Numbered from the stretch's first letter, positions 41,409 through 53,374 are shown. The stretch: DNA of 64,000 bases from an uncultured Verrucomicrobiae bacterium (GCA_963762565.1 CAVXLD010000001.1:896001-960000), one strand, 5' to 3'. Translations and numbers: made by a program. The notes: a model not told the origin generated them from the sequence alone.

Positions 41409-42572
41409 ATGCAACTTTCCTCACGAGCGAACAGCCTCACTCCTTCTCTTTCTCTATCAGTTGATAGCAAGGCAAAGGCGATGAAGTCCGAAGGGCTTGA
41501 CGTCTGCGGTTTCGGTGCCGGTGAACCGGACTTCGATACTCCAGAACACATTAAAGCCGCAGCGATTACTGCGTTGGAGTCCGGGTTTACAAAATACACA
41601 CCTAGCTCCGGCATCCCAGAACTACGCCAGGCGATTGCAGATAAATTAGAACTGGAGAACGGCCTCAGCTATAAGCCAAGCCAAATCATCGTTAGCACCG
41701 GAGCGAAACACTCCTGTTACAACGGGATCTTGGCCACCTGCCAGGCGGGAGACGAGGTTATTATCCCAAGCCCTTACTGGCTCAGCTATCCCGAGATGGT
41801 GCGGTTGGCTGGGGCTGAACCTATCTTTGTCCAGACCAAGGAAGAGAACGGCTGGAAGATCACTCGCGACGAGTTCGAGAATGCGATGACACCTCGAACC
41901 AAAATGATCATCCTTAACTCGCCCAACAACCCAACCGGAGCAGTTTATACCCGCGAAGAAATCGAGGGGATCGCGGCGGTCGCAGCGGAAGAGGAAATCT
42001 TGATTCTCTCGGATGAAATCTACGAGAAGCTGGTTTACGAAGGCCACGAGCACGTCAGTATCGCTTCACTAGGACGTGAATTTTACGACCTAACAATCAC
42101 GGTTAACGGATTTAGCAAAGCTTATGCAATGACCGGCTGGAGGCTTGGCTACTTAGCGGCTCCGGAACCGATTGCCAAAGCGATTGACTCCATTCAAAGC
42201 CATGTCACGTCTAACCCGTGTTCGTTTGCGCAAAAAGGGGCTCTAGCAGCTCTGAAAGGAGATCAGCAGAGTGTTGCCGACATGCGCGACGAGTTCGACA
42301 TGCGACGGCAGTACATCATCGAACGCTTTTCCAAGATCCAGAGCGTGAGCATTGTGAAGCCAAACGGAGCTTTCTACGTTCTGGCGAACATCAGTAAGCT
42401 GGGGTTGACCTCTCAAAACTTCGCTGATCGGTTGTTGAGCAAAGCGAATGTCAGCGTTGTACCGGGTATTGCCTTTGGTGACGACCGGACGGTACGGTTC
42501 AGCTACGCAACCAGCCTCGATGTGATCAAGAAAGGGATGGATCGGTTCGAAGATTTCTGCCGAACGCTGTGA
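41409..42572 (+). CDS. aspC: Aspartate aminotransferase (class I/II PLP)
   Basis: GEPDFDTP, NSPNNPTG, DEIYE, SKAYAMTGWRLG. Confidence 0.9.
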   Translation: MQLSSRANSLTPSLSLSVDSKAKAMKSEGLDVCGFGAGEPDFDTPEHIKAAAITALESGFTKYTPSSGIPELRQAIADKLELENGLSYKPSQIIVSTGAKHSCYNGILATCQAGDEVIIPSPYWLSYPEMVRLAGAEPIFVQTKEENGWKITRDEFENAMTPRTKMIILNSPNNPTGAVYTREEIEGIAAVAAEEEILILSDEIYEKLVYEGHEHVSIASLGREFYDLTITVNGFSKAYAMTGWRLGYLAAPEPIAKAIDSIQSHVTSNPCSFAQKGALAALKGDQQSVADMRDEFDMRRQYIIERFSKIQSVSIVKPNGAFYVLANISKLGLTSQNFADRLLSKANVSVVPGIAFGDDRTVRFSYATSLDVIKKGMDRFEDFCRTL

Positions 42573-43372
42573 AGCGTTTAAGCCAGTACCTTGAAGTTTA
42601 CCGTATCATGTTACGGAACTCCCTTGTCCGGGAGATGAACTTCAAGCTCAACTTTATTCTCTGGCTCTTTACAGATGCGCTTTGGTTTGTTGGGCAGCTG
42701 ATCTTTATTGAGGTCATCTACACGCAGGTCGACGCCGTCGGCGATTGGACCAAATGGGATATGGTCCTTTTGGTCGGGACCTATCAGATCATAAGCCAAA
42801 TCTTCCAAGGATTCTTTTACCTTAACCTGACAAATCTGTCTGAGCTGGTGCGGACCGGTAAGCTCGACTTCGTCTTGTTGCAGCCGATCGATCCCCAATT
42901 CACCGTGTCACTGCGGCAATTCGGCATTGACGGCATGGTGAATGCCCTCATCGGAATTGTGATCGTCTGCTACTCCTTGGTGCAACTGCAGGTAATGCCG
43001 TCAATAGGACAAATTCTGCTTTATCTGGTGGCAATCGGATTCGGCATATCAGTGCATTATGCCGCCATGCTGGCTTTTGCGACGGTCAGCTTTTGGACAG
43101 TCCGAACCCAGGGAATCACGTATGGTTATTACAGCTTGATTAGCCTGGCTCGGTATCCGGATTCGATGTTTAAGGGGTTGGCGAAATTTGTCTTCAGCTG
43201 GATAATTCCGGTAATGGTGGTTACGAACGTCCCAGCTCGATTGCTGATTCACGCCACTTCGAGTCCATGGCCATTGCTTGGGCATTTGGCGGCCGCTTCT
43301 ATCTTAATGATCGTGGCCTCACGCCTACTCTGGCGAACAGCGCTCAACCGGTATTCCAGCGCTAGCTCGTAG
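42569..43372 (+). CDS. ABC-2 type permease (DUF990-like)
   Basis: G.LD..LLQP, RYP motifs, C-terminal Y.SASS; multiple TM segments. Confidence 0.85.
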   Translation: MKRLSQYLEVYRIMLRNSLVREMNFKLNFILWLFTDALWFVGQLIFIEVIYTQVDAVGDWTKWDMVLLVGTYQIISQIFQGFFYLNLTNLSELVRTGKLDFVLLQPIDPQFTVSLRQFGIDGMVNALIGIVIVCYSLVQLQVMPSIGQILLYLVAIGFGISVHYAAMLAFATVSFWTVRTQGITYGYYSLISLARYPDSMFKGLAKFVFSWIIPVMVVTNVPARLLIHATSSPWPLLGHLAAASILMIVASRLLWRTALNRYSSASS

Positions 43373-43389
43373 GTGGGGGCATCATGGAC

Positions 43390-43473
43390 GACTTCGTTCT
43401 CGTTCTCGTCCTCGTCGTCGTCGTCCTCGAATCCGGCCACGCGGAGTGATGGAGTGCAGGAGTGTCGGAGTAG
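43390..43473. repeat. Half-element: hexamer plus octamer arm
   Basis: Reverse complement of 8235-8336; same as the left arm at 5986-6050. Confidence 0.8.
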
Positions 43474-43802
43474 TGTGCCAAGTCTGAATAGCGCCCACCT
43501 AGGGGCTAGAACGCCATAACGGAAGGCCCCCCATATCTCATCCATCGTCATCCGGCAAACACCCGATGGTTGTGTCAGGTTACTTTTTTCCGATCATTTT
43601 AAACATCCAGAAGGCATCCGGAGTCGAATCTGTCTCGAACAAAACCACTAGTCACCGAGACAAAACGCGTAGCCGAAAACCGAGGAATGAAGGGCTGATT
43701 TTTCCTGCAATCTTTCGCTTGAACCCAGAGACAATTGCCATTATATGTTCGCCTCTTCCAGGCGGGTAGGCGGCGCGCAGACCAGCTTTGCACTAATCTT
43801 TT

Positions 43803-44396
43803 ATGGCGAAATCGAAATCACAGAAAAAGGATGACGCGTCCGCAAACGGGCACTTACCCGCGGACGAAAATAGAGAGAGACCTGTCTCCTCCATCCCGTC
43901 GGCGCCGAAGGATAACGGCGACGAGAAACTGTCCCCATTTCTTCGCAAACAGAAACTGAAACTGCTCTTTCTGCGCGATTCGCTTCTCGACTCCATGATG
44001 GGGGTTTCCCGGGACACATTACGCGCGCGGGCTGAAGGCAGTGAGGCCTCGGCGTTTGGCATGCACCAAGCAGATGCCGGCAGTGACGCTTACGATCGTG
44101 ACTTTGCTCTCAGCTTACTTTCCCAAGAACAAGACGCTCTCTACGAGATCGAAGAAGCTCTAAAACGCGTGGATGCAGGTACTTACGGCGTTTGTGAGAT
44201 GTCCGGAAAAGCAATCCCGCACGCTCGCTTGGAGGCAATCCCCTTTGCTCGTTTCACGGTTGAGTGCCAGACTCAGATTGAGAAACAGCGGAAAGCGACC
44301 CGTATTCGCCAGCCCGTGACCTCGCTGTTCGGTCTAACCGACGAAGAAGGTGGCGAAGGCGAAGAAGAAGAGTCGACTCCTGAGGCGAAGGACTAA
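43803..44396 (+). CDS. dksA: DksA/TraR family protein, two-cysteine variant
   Basis: HQADAGSD tip, EIEEAL.R...GTYG, CEMS-x17-TVEC. Confidence 0.85.
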   Translation: MAKSKSQKKDDASANGHLPADENRERPVSSIPSAPKDNGDEKLSPFLRKQKLKLLFLRDSLLDSMMGVSRDTLRARAEGSEASAFGMHQADAGSDAYDRDFALSLLSQEQDALYEIEEALKRVDAGTYGVCEMSGKAIPHARLEAIPFARFTVECQTQIEKQRKATRIRQPVTSLFGLTDEEGGEGEEEESTPEAKD

Positions 44397-44399
44397 TTT

Positions 44400-44573
44400 A
44401 TGCCACGCGAGATTATCGTTTTGGAGTGCACTGAAGCCCGGGCAGAGGGAAAGCCGGTCTCCCGTTACGTTAGCACCCGGAATAAAAAGAGCCCAAATAC
44501 TCCGGGACGCTTGGAGAAAAAGAAGTATAATCCTTTCCTTCGCCGGCACACACTGCATCGCGAAGTTAAGTAA
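44400..44573 (+). CDS. rpmG: 50S ribosomal protein L33 (57 aa, absent from the ORF track)
   Basis: [44 protein letters not shown]. Confidence 0.95.
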   Translation: MPREIIVLECTEARAEGKPVSRYVSTRNKKSPNTPGRLEKKKYNPFLRRHTLHREVK

Positions 44574-44576
44574 CCC

Positions 44577-44816
44577 ATGGAACCCAAGAACGCTAAACGA
44601 CGGTCCAATTTTCGGCGGGCGAATCGAGCCATGCCCCGGCGCCGGATTGATATCGCTTTAGAGGCGATCGATTACAAGAACCCGGATCTGCTTCGCAAAT
44701 TCGTGACGGAAAGCGGCAAGATTTTGCCTCGCCGGGTAACCGGCATGCCGGCCTATCTGCACCGAAAAATTACCCGAGAGATCAAGCGCGCTCGCTCCGT
44801 GCTGTTGATGAAGTAA
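44577..44816 (+). CDS. rpsR: 30S ribosomal protein S18
   Basis: [27 protein letters not shown]. Confidence 0.95.
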   Translation: MEPKNAKRRSNFRRANRAMPRRRIDIALEAIDYKNPDLLRKFVTESGKILPRRVTGMPAYLHRKITREIKRARSVLLMK

Positions 44817-44837
44817 CCGGCGGTAATAGCCGCTTAC

Positions 44838-45075
44838 GGTAGGGCGAGGCTCCCGATCTTCCTCAAAGGGAACCCAAAAGCGATCGGAGTTTCCCAATCT
44901 GCAGTGCCCAACACCAAATGGTTGCCGAGCCGCGGCCCAACGTTTGCCAGGGCCCATCGCAGCCAGATTATGGGCACGGCTCGGCGGGTGTGTCGGCCCC
45001 AAGACACGAAATCTTCCTTCCGACGTCCCGGTCCCTGGAAAGCCATCGCGGACCGTGCGGGAGCCTCGCCCCACC
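44838..45075. repeat. REP-like GTAG-type inverted pair
   Basis: GGTAGGGCGAGGCTCCCG (44838-44855) is inverted against CGGGAGCCTCGCCCCACC (45058-45075); preceded by an AATAGCCGC arm. Confidence 0.75.
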
Positions 45076-45223
45076 AAAAACCCATCCAAAACACTGCTTG
45101 CACCCCTCTGTTGAATAGCTATCTTTTGCCTCCCTCTGATTCCGTGAATAGCCATCCGTGTGGGTCGCTCGGTTCGGAGCAAATTTAGGTAACCCGTGGT
45201 TTGTTGGTGTTTGTGACTCTTTT

Positions 45224-46903
45224 ATGACTGAAATGCAGGAGCTAATCGCGAAGTCCCTGCGCGATTTTAAGGAAGGTAGCATCGTTAAGGGCAGAATTCT
45301 GGAAATCCGCCCGCGAGAGGTGTTGGTCGACATAGGATACAAGTCCGAAGGCGTCATTCCCTCGTCTGAGTTTGACGATGTCGAACAAGTGGAAGTTGGT
45401 GACGAGGTCGAAGTTCTCTTAGAACGCCTGGAAAACGAGGACGGGATGGTGGTGCTGTCCAAAGAAAAGGCAGCCCACAAACAGAACTGGGACAAAATTG
45501 TCAAGGTTTTCGAGGGAGACGGCCTGATCAAAGGCAAGGTTAAAGCGGTCGTAAAAGGCGGACTAACGGTCAATATCGGCGTCGAGGCATTCCTGCCCGG
45601 GTCACAAATTGACATTGTTCCGCCCCGCGATCTGCAGCAGTTCGTCGGCAACACGTACGATTTCAAAATCGTTAAAATCAACGACGAGCGGAAGAACGTA
45701 GTCCTCAGCCGGCGAGAAATTATCGAGCAGGAACGCGCAGAGAAACGAAGCCGGTTCTTGGAAACGGTGCAGGTCGGCAACACCGTCAAAGGCACGGTAA
45801 AGAATCTCACCGATTTTGGCGCTTTTATAGATCTCGACGGGATGGACGGTCTTCTGCACATCACCGACATGACTTGGGGACGGCTCACCCATCCAAGCGA
45901 GCTCCTCCGGATCGGCCAGGAAGTCGATGTGGTTGTGCTCGATATTAACAAGGAAAAGGAGCGCGTCTCGCTCGGCTTAAAGCAGACCCAGCGTAATCCT
46001 TGGGATAAAATCGAAGAACGATTCCCTGTCGGCGCCAAGGTGCATGGCAAAGTTACCAACCTGGTACCTTATGGTGCCTTCGTCGAAATCGAAGAGGGCG
46101 TTGAGGGTCTTATCCACGTATCGGAGCTCTCTTGGACCAAACGCATAACCCGGCCTTCGGATGTATTGACCCAGGGTCAGGAAATTGAGGCCGTCGTTCT
46201 TGGCGTCAACAAAGAGGAGCAGAAAATCTCCCTCGGCGTACGCCAATTGGATCCAAATCCGTGGGATGCCATCGAACACCGCTATGCGTTGGGCTCAGTG
46301 GTTAAGGGCAAGATTCGTAACATGACCGCGTACGGTGCCTTCGTTGAGCTTGAAGAAGGAATCGATGGAATGATCCACGTTTCCGATCTCAGCTGGACTC
46401 GAAAGATCAACCACCCGAGCGAAGTTTTGAAGAAAAACGACGAGGTGGAGGCAATTGTCCTGGATATCGACAAGGTCAATCAACGGATCAGCCTCGGAAT
46501 CAAGCAGCTCGAGTCCGACCCGTGGAAAGAGATCGACCAGAAGTACAAGATTGGCGATCTGGTAAACGGAAAAGTGACGAAGCTCGCTAGCTTCGGCGCC
46601 TTTGTCCAACTCCAAGACGATATCGATGGGTTGGTACACATCTCTCAATTGAGCGAAGAGCACGTCGCTAAAGTGAAAGATGTCCTCAAAGTTGGACAAG
46701 AAGTTGAGGCACGCGTCATTAAGGTAGACAAGGCCGAACGACGGATTGGTCTATCGATCAAGGCGGCCCATTACTCCGATGAGGAACTGCGGCGTGAGAC
46801 CGAAGCCTTCGACAGCTTACGGCCAGGCGAAGATATGGTGGGTCTGGAACAGGCATTCCAGGCGGCGGAAGAAGAGTATCGACCTGGAGATCGAAAGCGT
46901 TAA
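45224..46903 (+). CDS. rpsA: 30S ribosomal protein S1
   Basis: Six S1 repeats (DIGYKSEG, FGAFIDL, GLIHVSELSW). Confidence 0.97.
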   Translation: MTEMQELIAKSLRDFKEGSIVKGRILEIRPREVLVDIGYKSEGVIPSSEFDDVEQVEVGDEVEVLLERLENEDGMVVLSKEKAAHKQNWDKIVKVFEGDGLIKGKVKAVVKGGLTVNIGVEAFLPGSQIDIVPPRDLQQFVGNTYDFKIVKINDERKNVVLSRREIIEQERAEKRSRFLETVQVGNTVKGTVKNLTDFGAFIDLDGMDGLLHITDMTWGRLTHPSELLRIGQEVDVVVLDINKEKERVSLGLKQTQRNPWDKIEERFPVGAKVHGKVTNLVPYGAFVEIEEGVEGLIHVSELSWTKRITRPSDVLTQGQEIEAVVLGVNKEEQKISLGVRQLDPNPWDAIEHRYALGSVVKGKIRNMTAYGAFVELEEGIDGMIHVSDLSWTRKINHPSEVLKKNDEVEAIVLDIDKVNQRISLGIKQLESDPWKEIDQKYKIGDLVNGKVTKLASFGAFVQLQDDIDGLVHISQLSEEHVAKVKDVLKVGQEVEARVIKVDKAERRIGLSIKAAHYSDEELRRETEAFDSLRPGEDMVGLEQAFQAAEEEYRPGDRKR

Positions 46904-46953
46904 TCACCGGTTGCGATCCGTCAAAAATGCTGAAGCTTTAGCTTGGAACACTG

Positions 46954-46976
46954 CGAGGCGGCGTTATGCCGCCTCG
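46954..46976 (+). terminator. Stem-loop 3' of rpsA
   Basis: CGAGGCGGC-GTTAT-GCCGCCTCG; no clear U-tract. Confidence 0.4.
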
Positions 46977-47055
46977 ATAGCATTTCCACATAGCTTTGGC
47001 CTGACCCGAGTGGGGGCTTAAGCACGATCACAAACAGATACCTATAGCAAATTTT

Positions 47056-47394
47056 ATGGAAAAACCGCAAATCGCAGCCTACGTGAAGACTTATTGCGGC
47101 TGGAGCAATGGCGTTCGGGCAGTCCTGAAGAAGTACGACCTTCCTTACGAAGAGAAAGATATTATCCAGAACCCGGCATTCCGCTGGGAAATGGAGCAAA
47201 AGAGCGGCCAACCTCTTTCACCGTGCGTTGAAGTAAACGGTACTATGCTGGCCGATATCAGCGGCGAGGAGTTGGAAGAATATTTAGTTTCCAACCAATT
47301 AGTGGCAGCTAGTGCGGCGGCGACCGATGTTCCGCTAAACGCTCCTTGCCCTCCTGAGCAGCACGAAGCGCCCAACGTGGCGTTTCGCAGGTAA
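47056..47394 (+). CDS. Monothiol glutaredoxin-like protein
   Basis: Y.K..CGWS, SGQ.LSP..EVNG. Confidence 0.8.
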   Translation: MEKPQIAAYVKTYCGWSNGVRAVLKKYDLPYEEKDIIQNPAFRWEMEQKSGQPLSPCVEVNGTMLADISGEELEEYLVSNQLVAASAAATDVPLNAPCPPEQHEAPNVAFRR

Positions 47395-47451
47395 CACGGA
47401 TTTGTCCCTGCGCGGAGATTCCAATCTTACGGAAAACAGCGGCCTATTTTG

Positions 47452-47482
47452 AGCCTGGGTTTAACTTAAGCCCAGGCTTTTT
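47452..47482 (+). terminator. Intrinsic terminator
   Basis: AGCCTGGG...CCCAGGCT stem followed by a T-run. Confidence 0.6.
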
Positions 47483-47520
47483 GCGCTTGCGCTAATTAGC
47501 GCCTCAAAGCGGGTGTCCGT

Positions 47521-47673
47521 AGGCGCGAAGGGTTAACCCCGGAGCCTTTCTGGGCTGTTAGATCTTAGCCTAGGCCGCCTTCTTTCGGATATCCCTGGGC
47601 CTCGGCCTCGCAGACTCAGCTAGGCTAAAATCTTTTCAGCCCCGAAATGCTCCCGGGTAAACGCTTCGCGCCT
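47521..47673. repeat. Palindromic element with AGGCGCGAAG...CTTCGCGCCT termini
   Basis: Imperfect ~37-bp IR; a diverged inverted half-copy lies at ~49968-50052. Confidence 0.7.
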
Positions 47674-47709
47674 GGTGCCAAGGCGGACCAGCTTCGCGAG
47701 GCGTCCCCC

Positions 47710-48555
47710 CTACTCCACAAATTCCAGTTCGACCGCGGCCGGTAAGACGCCTTTTTCTTTGCCCCGCCCTAAGAACTGCCGGATCGCTTCCCGGCCGCTC
47801 GCACCGTAATCGAGCGTATAATCGTTTACGTACATTCCGATGAATTTGTCGGCCTGATTCAGATCCAGCCCTCGGGCTAAGGGCATAGAGTGCTTTATGC
47901 CCGCCAGCCTGTTCTCAAGCCCGTATCGAATGCTTTCCTTGAGAATCTCGGAAACTTCCTTGCGGACAGCGGGAGGAATATCTTTGCGGATCACGTTGCC
48001 ACCCAAAGGAAGCGGTAATCCGGTCTCGGATTTCCACCATTGACCCAAATCGAGAATCAAGTGAAACCCTTCTTGCGCATAAGTGAGTTGGCCTTCGTGG
48101 ATCAGCAAACCGACTTCCGCCTTTCCTGAGCGAACATAATCAAAGATCTGATCAAACGGTACCACCACGGTTTCAACCGGAACCCCGAACAGTTTCAACG
48201 CGAGATACGCGCTGGTTCGGAGCCCAGGAACAGCAACTAATTTTTTAGAAAGCCAGTCCCGAATCTGGTCCGGCGTTCGCGGAGGTTCGATCGTAGAAAC
48301 CAACATTGGCCCGTATCCGTCGCCCATGCTCGCCCCACACGGTAAAAGCGCATAGCGATCCGTGAGATAGGCGTACGCATGGATCGAAACTGCCGATATA
48401 TGCAGCTCTCCGCGCGCTGCTCTCTGATTGAGGGTTTCGATATCTTGCAAAATGTGCTGAAAAGTATGGCCGCGAGTGTCGATCTTATTCTCCGCTAGGG
48501 CATAAAACATGAAGGCGTCGTCAGGATCCGGAGAATGACCAAGAAGAAATTCCAT
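47710..48555 (-). CDS. mqnD: 1,4-dihydroxy-6-naphthoate synthase (futalosine pathway)
   Basis: GHSPDPDDAFMF, GYGP, IHEGQ, PLPLGG, MYVN. Confidence 0.92.
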   Translation of the reverse strand: MEFLLGHSPDPDDAFMFYALAENKIDTRGHTFQHILQDIETLNQRAARGELHISAVSIHAYAYLTDRYALLPCGASMGDGYGPMLVSTIEPPRTPDQIRDWLSKKLVAVPGLRTSAYLALKLFGVPVETVVVPFDQIFDYVRSGKAEVGLLIHEGQLTYAQEGFHLILDLGQWWKSETGLPLPLGGNVIRKDIPPAVRKEVSEILKESIRYGLENRLAGIKHSMPLARGLDLNQADKFIGMYVNDYTLDYGASGREAIRQFLGRGKEKGVLPAAVELEFVE

Positions 48556-48599
48556 GGCTCAAGAAAGCGAAAGGAGTCGTGCGTGCAAGGACAACGAAC

Positions 48600-49706
48600 T
48601 TACAAGGCCCCTTTCCACCCGTTCTCGCTCGTTCTCGCTCGCTGCCGTCCGTTCACGGCGGTGTCCGCGTTATCGTCGTCATCCTCGTGGCTATGCGCCT
48701 GTTCGACTTCACCTTCCATCTGTCCCCATCTCGGCCGTGCGCCGGGCTTTCCATTGGCGCGCGGGGAATAGAACAAATAACAGATTCCGCCGATAAGCCC
48801 GAAGAGGAGAAAAAAGGAGAAACCAAGCAGCGATATCAGGATGCCAACCTCGCCTGGCACCTTGGCCAAGTCGCTCATTAAGATTTGGAAAAGAGACTCC
48901 CGAAAGCCGAGCCCACCCGGAGTAATCGGCAACGAGATGATCGTAGTCACAATCGGCATGATTGTGATCATGTCGAGGAACGAAACGTCAGCATGCACCG
49001 CCTGGGAGGCGCAGTAGAAAGCGCCATAAAAGGAAAACAAGACGGGAAACGAAAGCACAAAAGCCCACGCCAATGACGCTCTTGCCTTGGCAAAGAGATG
49101 GTAGGCTTCTGAGGCCTCGATTAGCTGCTCACGAAAGGGAAAATGTCGCGGCAGCCGGTTTGCCAGGTTTAGTCCGCTGATCAGGAAGGACCCACCCACT
49201 AGAGCGGAAAAACCAATCAGCATACAGATCAAGACCCAGGCGAAGAAAGATGCTTGAGGCGTTTGTTGAAGCCATTGCCAGCGCAGAGCGGTGGTGCCAA
49301 CAGCCGTCAATACCAGAGCGAGCATTCCGATCATGCGATCCATTACGACGGTCAGGACCACCTCTTTCTTTCGATCAGGAAACTCTCGCATGGAGTAATA
49401 GAGCCGAGCGAAATCGCCGCCAGTGTAACCCGGCATAAACAGGTTAAAGAACAACCCCACAAAAAACAGCTGAGACAAACGAAGCCAGCCAATGCGCATC
49501 CCTTGCACCCGCAGAAGGATATTCCAGCGTATGATGTTGGCGATTTCGCCAACGAAAGCCACGGGAAGGCCGATCAGCATCCAATGGGCGTCGGCACGGC
49601 CAAAAGCCGCGCCCATCTGCGCCCTTTTTTCTGGGCTGTTAAAGAGATAGATAAGAATCGCAATCGTAAAGATCGCTTGAGCGGTACGGATTAGAGCCTT
49701 CTTCAT
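48600..49706 (-). CDS. Lysylphosphatidylglycerol synthase TM / flippase-like protein
   Basis: RW..LL, FFN.F.P...GGD..R, DR..G, PITPGGLG.RE. Confidence 0.85.
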   Translation of the reverse strand: MKKALIRTAQAIFTIAILIYLFNSPEKRAQMGAAFGRADAHWMLIGLPVAFVGEIANIIRWNILLRVQGMRIGWLRLSQLFFVGLFFNLFMPGYTGGDFARLYYSMREFPDRKKEVVLTVVMDRMIGMLALVLTAVGTTALRWQWLQQTPQASFFAWVLICMLIGFSALVGGSFLISGLNLANRLPRHFPFREQLIEASEAYHLFAKARASLAWAFVLSFPVLFSFYGAFYCASQAVHADVSFLDMITIMPIVTTIISLPITPGGLGFRESLFQILMSDLAKVPGEVGILISLLGFSFFLLFGLIGGICYLFYSPRANGKPGARPRWGQMEGEVEQAHSHEDDDDNADTAVNGRQRARTSENGWKGAL

Positions 49707-50146
49707 CGATACGCCGAAGTCCTAAAGATGGGCTCGTAAGTCGGGCGAGTTCACGTGGTGCAAAGTTTTTTGGCGAGCCTGTCCCGGGAAGCTGCCAAGA
49801 CGGGGCAAGGGCTCTAAGTGATTGCTAAGATCTAAGATTTCGAGACGATACGCCCGGGAGTTCAGGTAAATCAACGGCCGATTTCTCGGGATGAGATGTA
49901 GGCCCCCGGATGATATTGGGTAACTGGAGGCTGCGTGTCACCCCATTTTCCGATCTACCTGGATGCGAGGCGCGAAGCAGTCTACCCCAAAGCATTTCGG
50001 GGCAGAAAGACTTTAGCCTCTAGGCTGAGTCTGCGAGACCTAGGAAGCCCAGAAAAAAGCACCCAGCGCTGAAAGCGCGGCAGAACAGATCTCCCATCGC
50101 CCCACGTTGAATTCGACGCAGCCGCGGGCTACAGCTTCGGTGCAAA

Positions 50147-51442
50147 ATGAATTTTGTCGATCTGACCTCGCAGGGTGAAACCGAATGGCGCAAAGAATTC
50201 GACCGGCGTTATCTGCCGTCAAATGAGCTAGTGCAGCAAGTGCACGAGATCTTGTCGCGAGTTCGGGCCGAGGGAGATGCCGCTTTGGTCGATTTTATTC
50301 TCCGGTTCGATAAGACCCAGCTAGCGGCGAAGGAGCTTCGCGTCAGCCGGTCCGAGATCACGTTGGCATTGGGCCATTTGGACCCCGAACTCCGCGACGC
50401 CTTATCGGCCTCCAAAAAGAATGTTCAAGAATTTGCTCGCCGCAGTCGGAGAACCGATTGGCAGGCGGAGAATGTCCAGGGAGCCAGTGTTGGAGAGCGG
50501 TTTGACCCGATTCGCCGAGTGGGAATCTATGTGCCGGCAGGGACGGCGCCGCTAGTCTCTTCCGCGATCATGACGGTGGCAATCGCCAGCGCGGTTGAAG
50601 TACCGGAGATCGTGGCAGTATCGCCGGTGTCCGGTTCAACCGAGATGAATAGCGCACTCTTGGCCGCTTTGGATATGGCCGGAGCTACCGAGATCTACAA
50701 AATCGGCGGTGCACACGCAATCGGCGCATTGGCGTTCGGAACCGAAACAATTCGACCGGTCGATAAGATCTTCGGCCCAGGAAACGCATTTGTCACCGAG
50801 GCAAAACGGCAGGTCTTCGGTTACGTGGGAGTCGATCTCCTCCCCGGTCCCAGTGAGATTTTGATTGTAGCGGACTGCTCGTCGGTTCCCGCGTGGGTAG
50901 CAGCAGACCTGGTGGCTCAAGCCGAGCACGGTCCCGGCACCGTTATTGCGCTCGCGTCTTGGGATAGGCAAACGTTAGAGCACGTCCAACACGAGATCGA
51001 GAAAAGTTTACCCGCTCTCTCTCGCCAAGGGTTTATCAAGGAAGTCTTGGCAAAAAGAGCCTACGCTGTTCTGACGCGTGATCGCGAGCAAGCAGCCGCT
51101 TTCGCCAATGCGTTTGCTCCCGAGCATCTCACCGTCGTCACCGAAGAGGCAGCCGATTTTGCTTCTGGGATCACTACCGCCGGCGCTATCTTTCTGGGCA
51201 ACTATTCTCCGGTTGCAGCCGGAGACTTCATAGCAGGTCCGAGCCATGAGCTGCCGACCGGTGGCGCCGCTAAATCATTCGGAGGACTAACTGCTGATCA
51301 ATTTCAGCGCCGTACGAGCATTGTGAGGTTAGAGCGGGAATCGTTACAAAAATCGCTCCCCTTTATCCTTTCATTTAGCCGAGCCGAAAAGCTCGATGCC
51401 CACGGTGCATCGGCCCAGATACGCTTCGATAGTGAGAAGTGA
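50147..51442 (+). CDS. hisD: Histidinol dehydrogenase
   Basis: GIYVPAG, FGPGN.FV..AK, GPSE, AQAEH, APEHL, GPSH.LPT. Confidence 0.95.
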   Translation: MNFVDLTSQGETEWRKEFDRRYLPSNELVQQVHEILSRVRAEGDAALVDFILRFDKTQLAAKELRVSRSEITLALGHLDPELRDALSASKKNVQEFARRSRRTDWQAENVQGASVGERFDPIRRVGIYVPAGTAPLVSSAIMTVAIASAVEVPEIVAVSPVSGSTEMNSALLAALDMAGATEIYKIGGAHAIGALAFGTETIRPVDKIFGPGNAFVTEAKRQVFGYVGVDLLPGPSEILIVADCSSVPAWVAADLVAQAEHGPGTVIALASWDRQTLEHVQHEIEKSLPALSRQGFIKEVLAKRAYAVLTRDREQAAAFANAFAPEHLTVVTEEAADFASGITTAGAIFLGNYSPVAAGDFIAGPSHELPTGGAAKSFGGLTADQFQRRTSIVRLERESLQKSLPFILSFSRAEKLDAHGASAQIRFDSEK

Positions 51443-51520
51443 GAGGTGAGAAGTGATTAGTGAGAGGTGACCACGGGGGACCGCCTCTCACTTCTCACCA
51501 ATCACTTCTCACTTCTCACA
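51431..51520. repeat. Inverted heptamer element (GTGAGAA)n / (TTCTCAC)n
   Basis: About five units per arm; fills the whole gap between convergent hisD and atpC and includes the hisD stop. Confidence 0.88.
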
Positions 51521-51934
51521 CTAGTGTTCGCGCCGTCTTCGCTTGAAACGCAACTGGGCAATGGAACGAGCTAGCGCCGCTTCAACTTCCGCAGTGTCGT
51601 CAGAGGAAAGGTTCTTATCCTTTAGAGCCGCTTGAGCCCGGTTGATCGCATCTTGCGTAGCATTCTCATCGATTTCCTCTTCGCCGAGCGCGCTATCGGT
51701 AAGAACCGAGACACTTTCACCGGTGACTTCAATAAATCCAGAGCCAACCACCAACTCCTTGGTATTACCCTCTTTGATGATCCGCAGCTCACCGGGCAGC
51801 AACTGAGTCATCAAAGGCACGTGCGCCGGATAGACCCCGATCTCGCCCTCTATCGAGGGTAGGACCACCATCGTAACATCATCCGAATATGCCCGACCTT
51901 CCGGGGTCACAATCTCCAGCTTCAAGGTGGCCAT
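51521..51934 (-). CDS. atpC: ATP synthase epsilon subunit
   Basis: LEIVTPE, GEIGV.P.H.P, GFIEV. Confidence 0.95.
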   Translation of the reverse strand: MATLKLEIVTPEGRAYSDDVTMVVLPSIEGEIGVYPAHVPLMTQLLPGELRIIKEGNTKELVVGSGFIEVTGESVSVLTDSALGEEEIDENATQDAINRAQAALKDKNLSSDDTAEVEAALARSIAQLRFKRRRREH

Positions 51935-51946
51935 GACAATGCTAGC

Positions 51947-53374
<1,428 letters not shown>

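Noticed and set aside
44968..46059. 363-aa antisense ORF to rpsA and similar shadow ORFs
   Set aside because: Fully overlaps a conserved gene on the opposite strand; expected from codon bias.
49710..50146. His leader peptide upstream of hisD
   Set aside because: No His-codon run seen; the region contains a diverged repeat half-copy.
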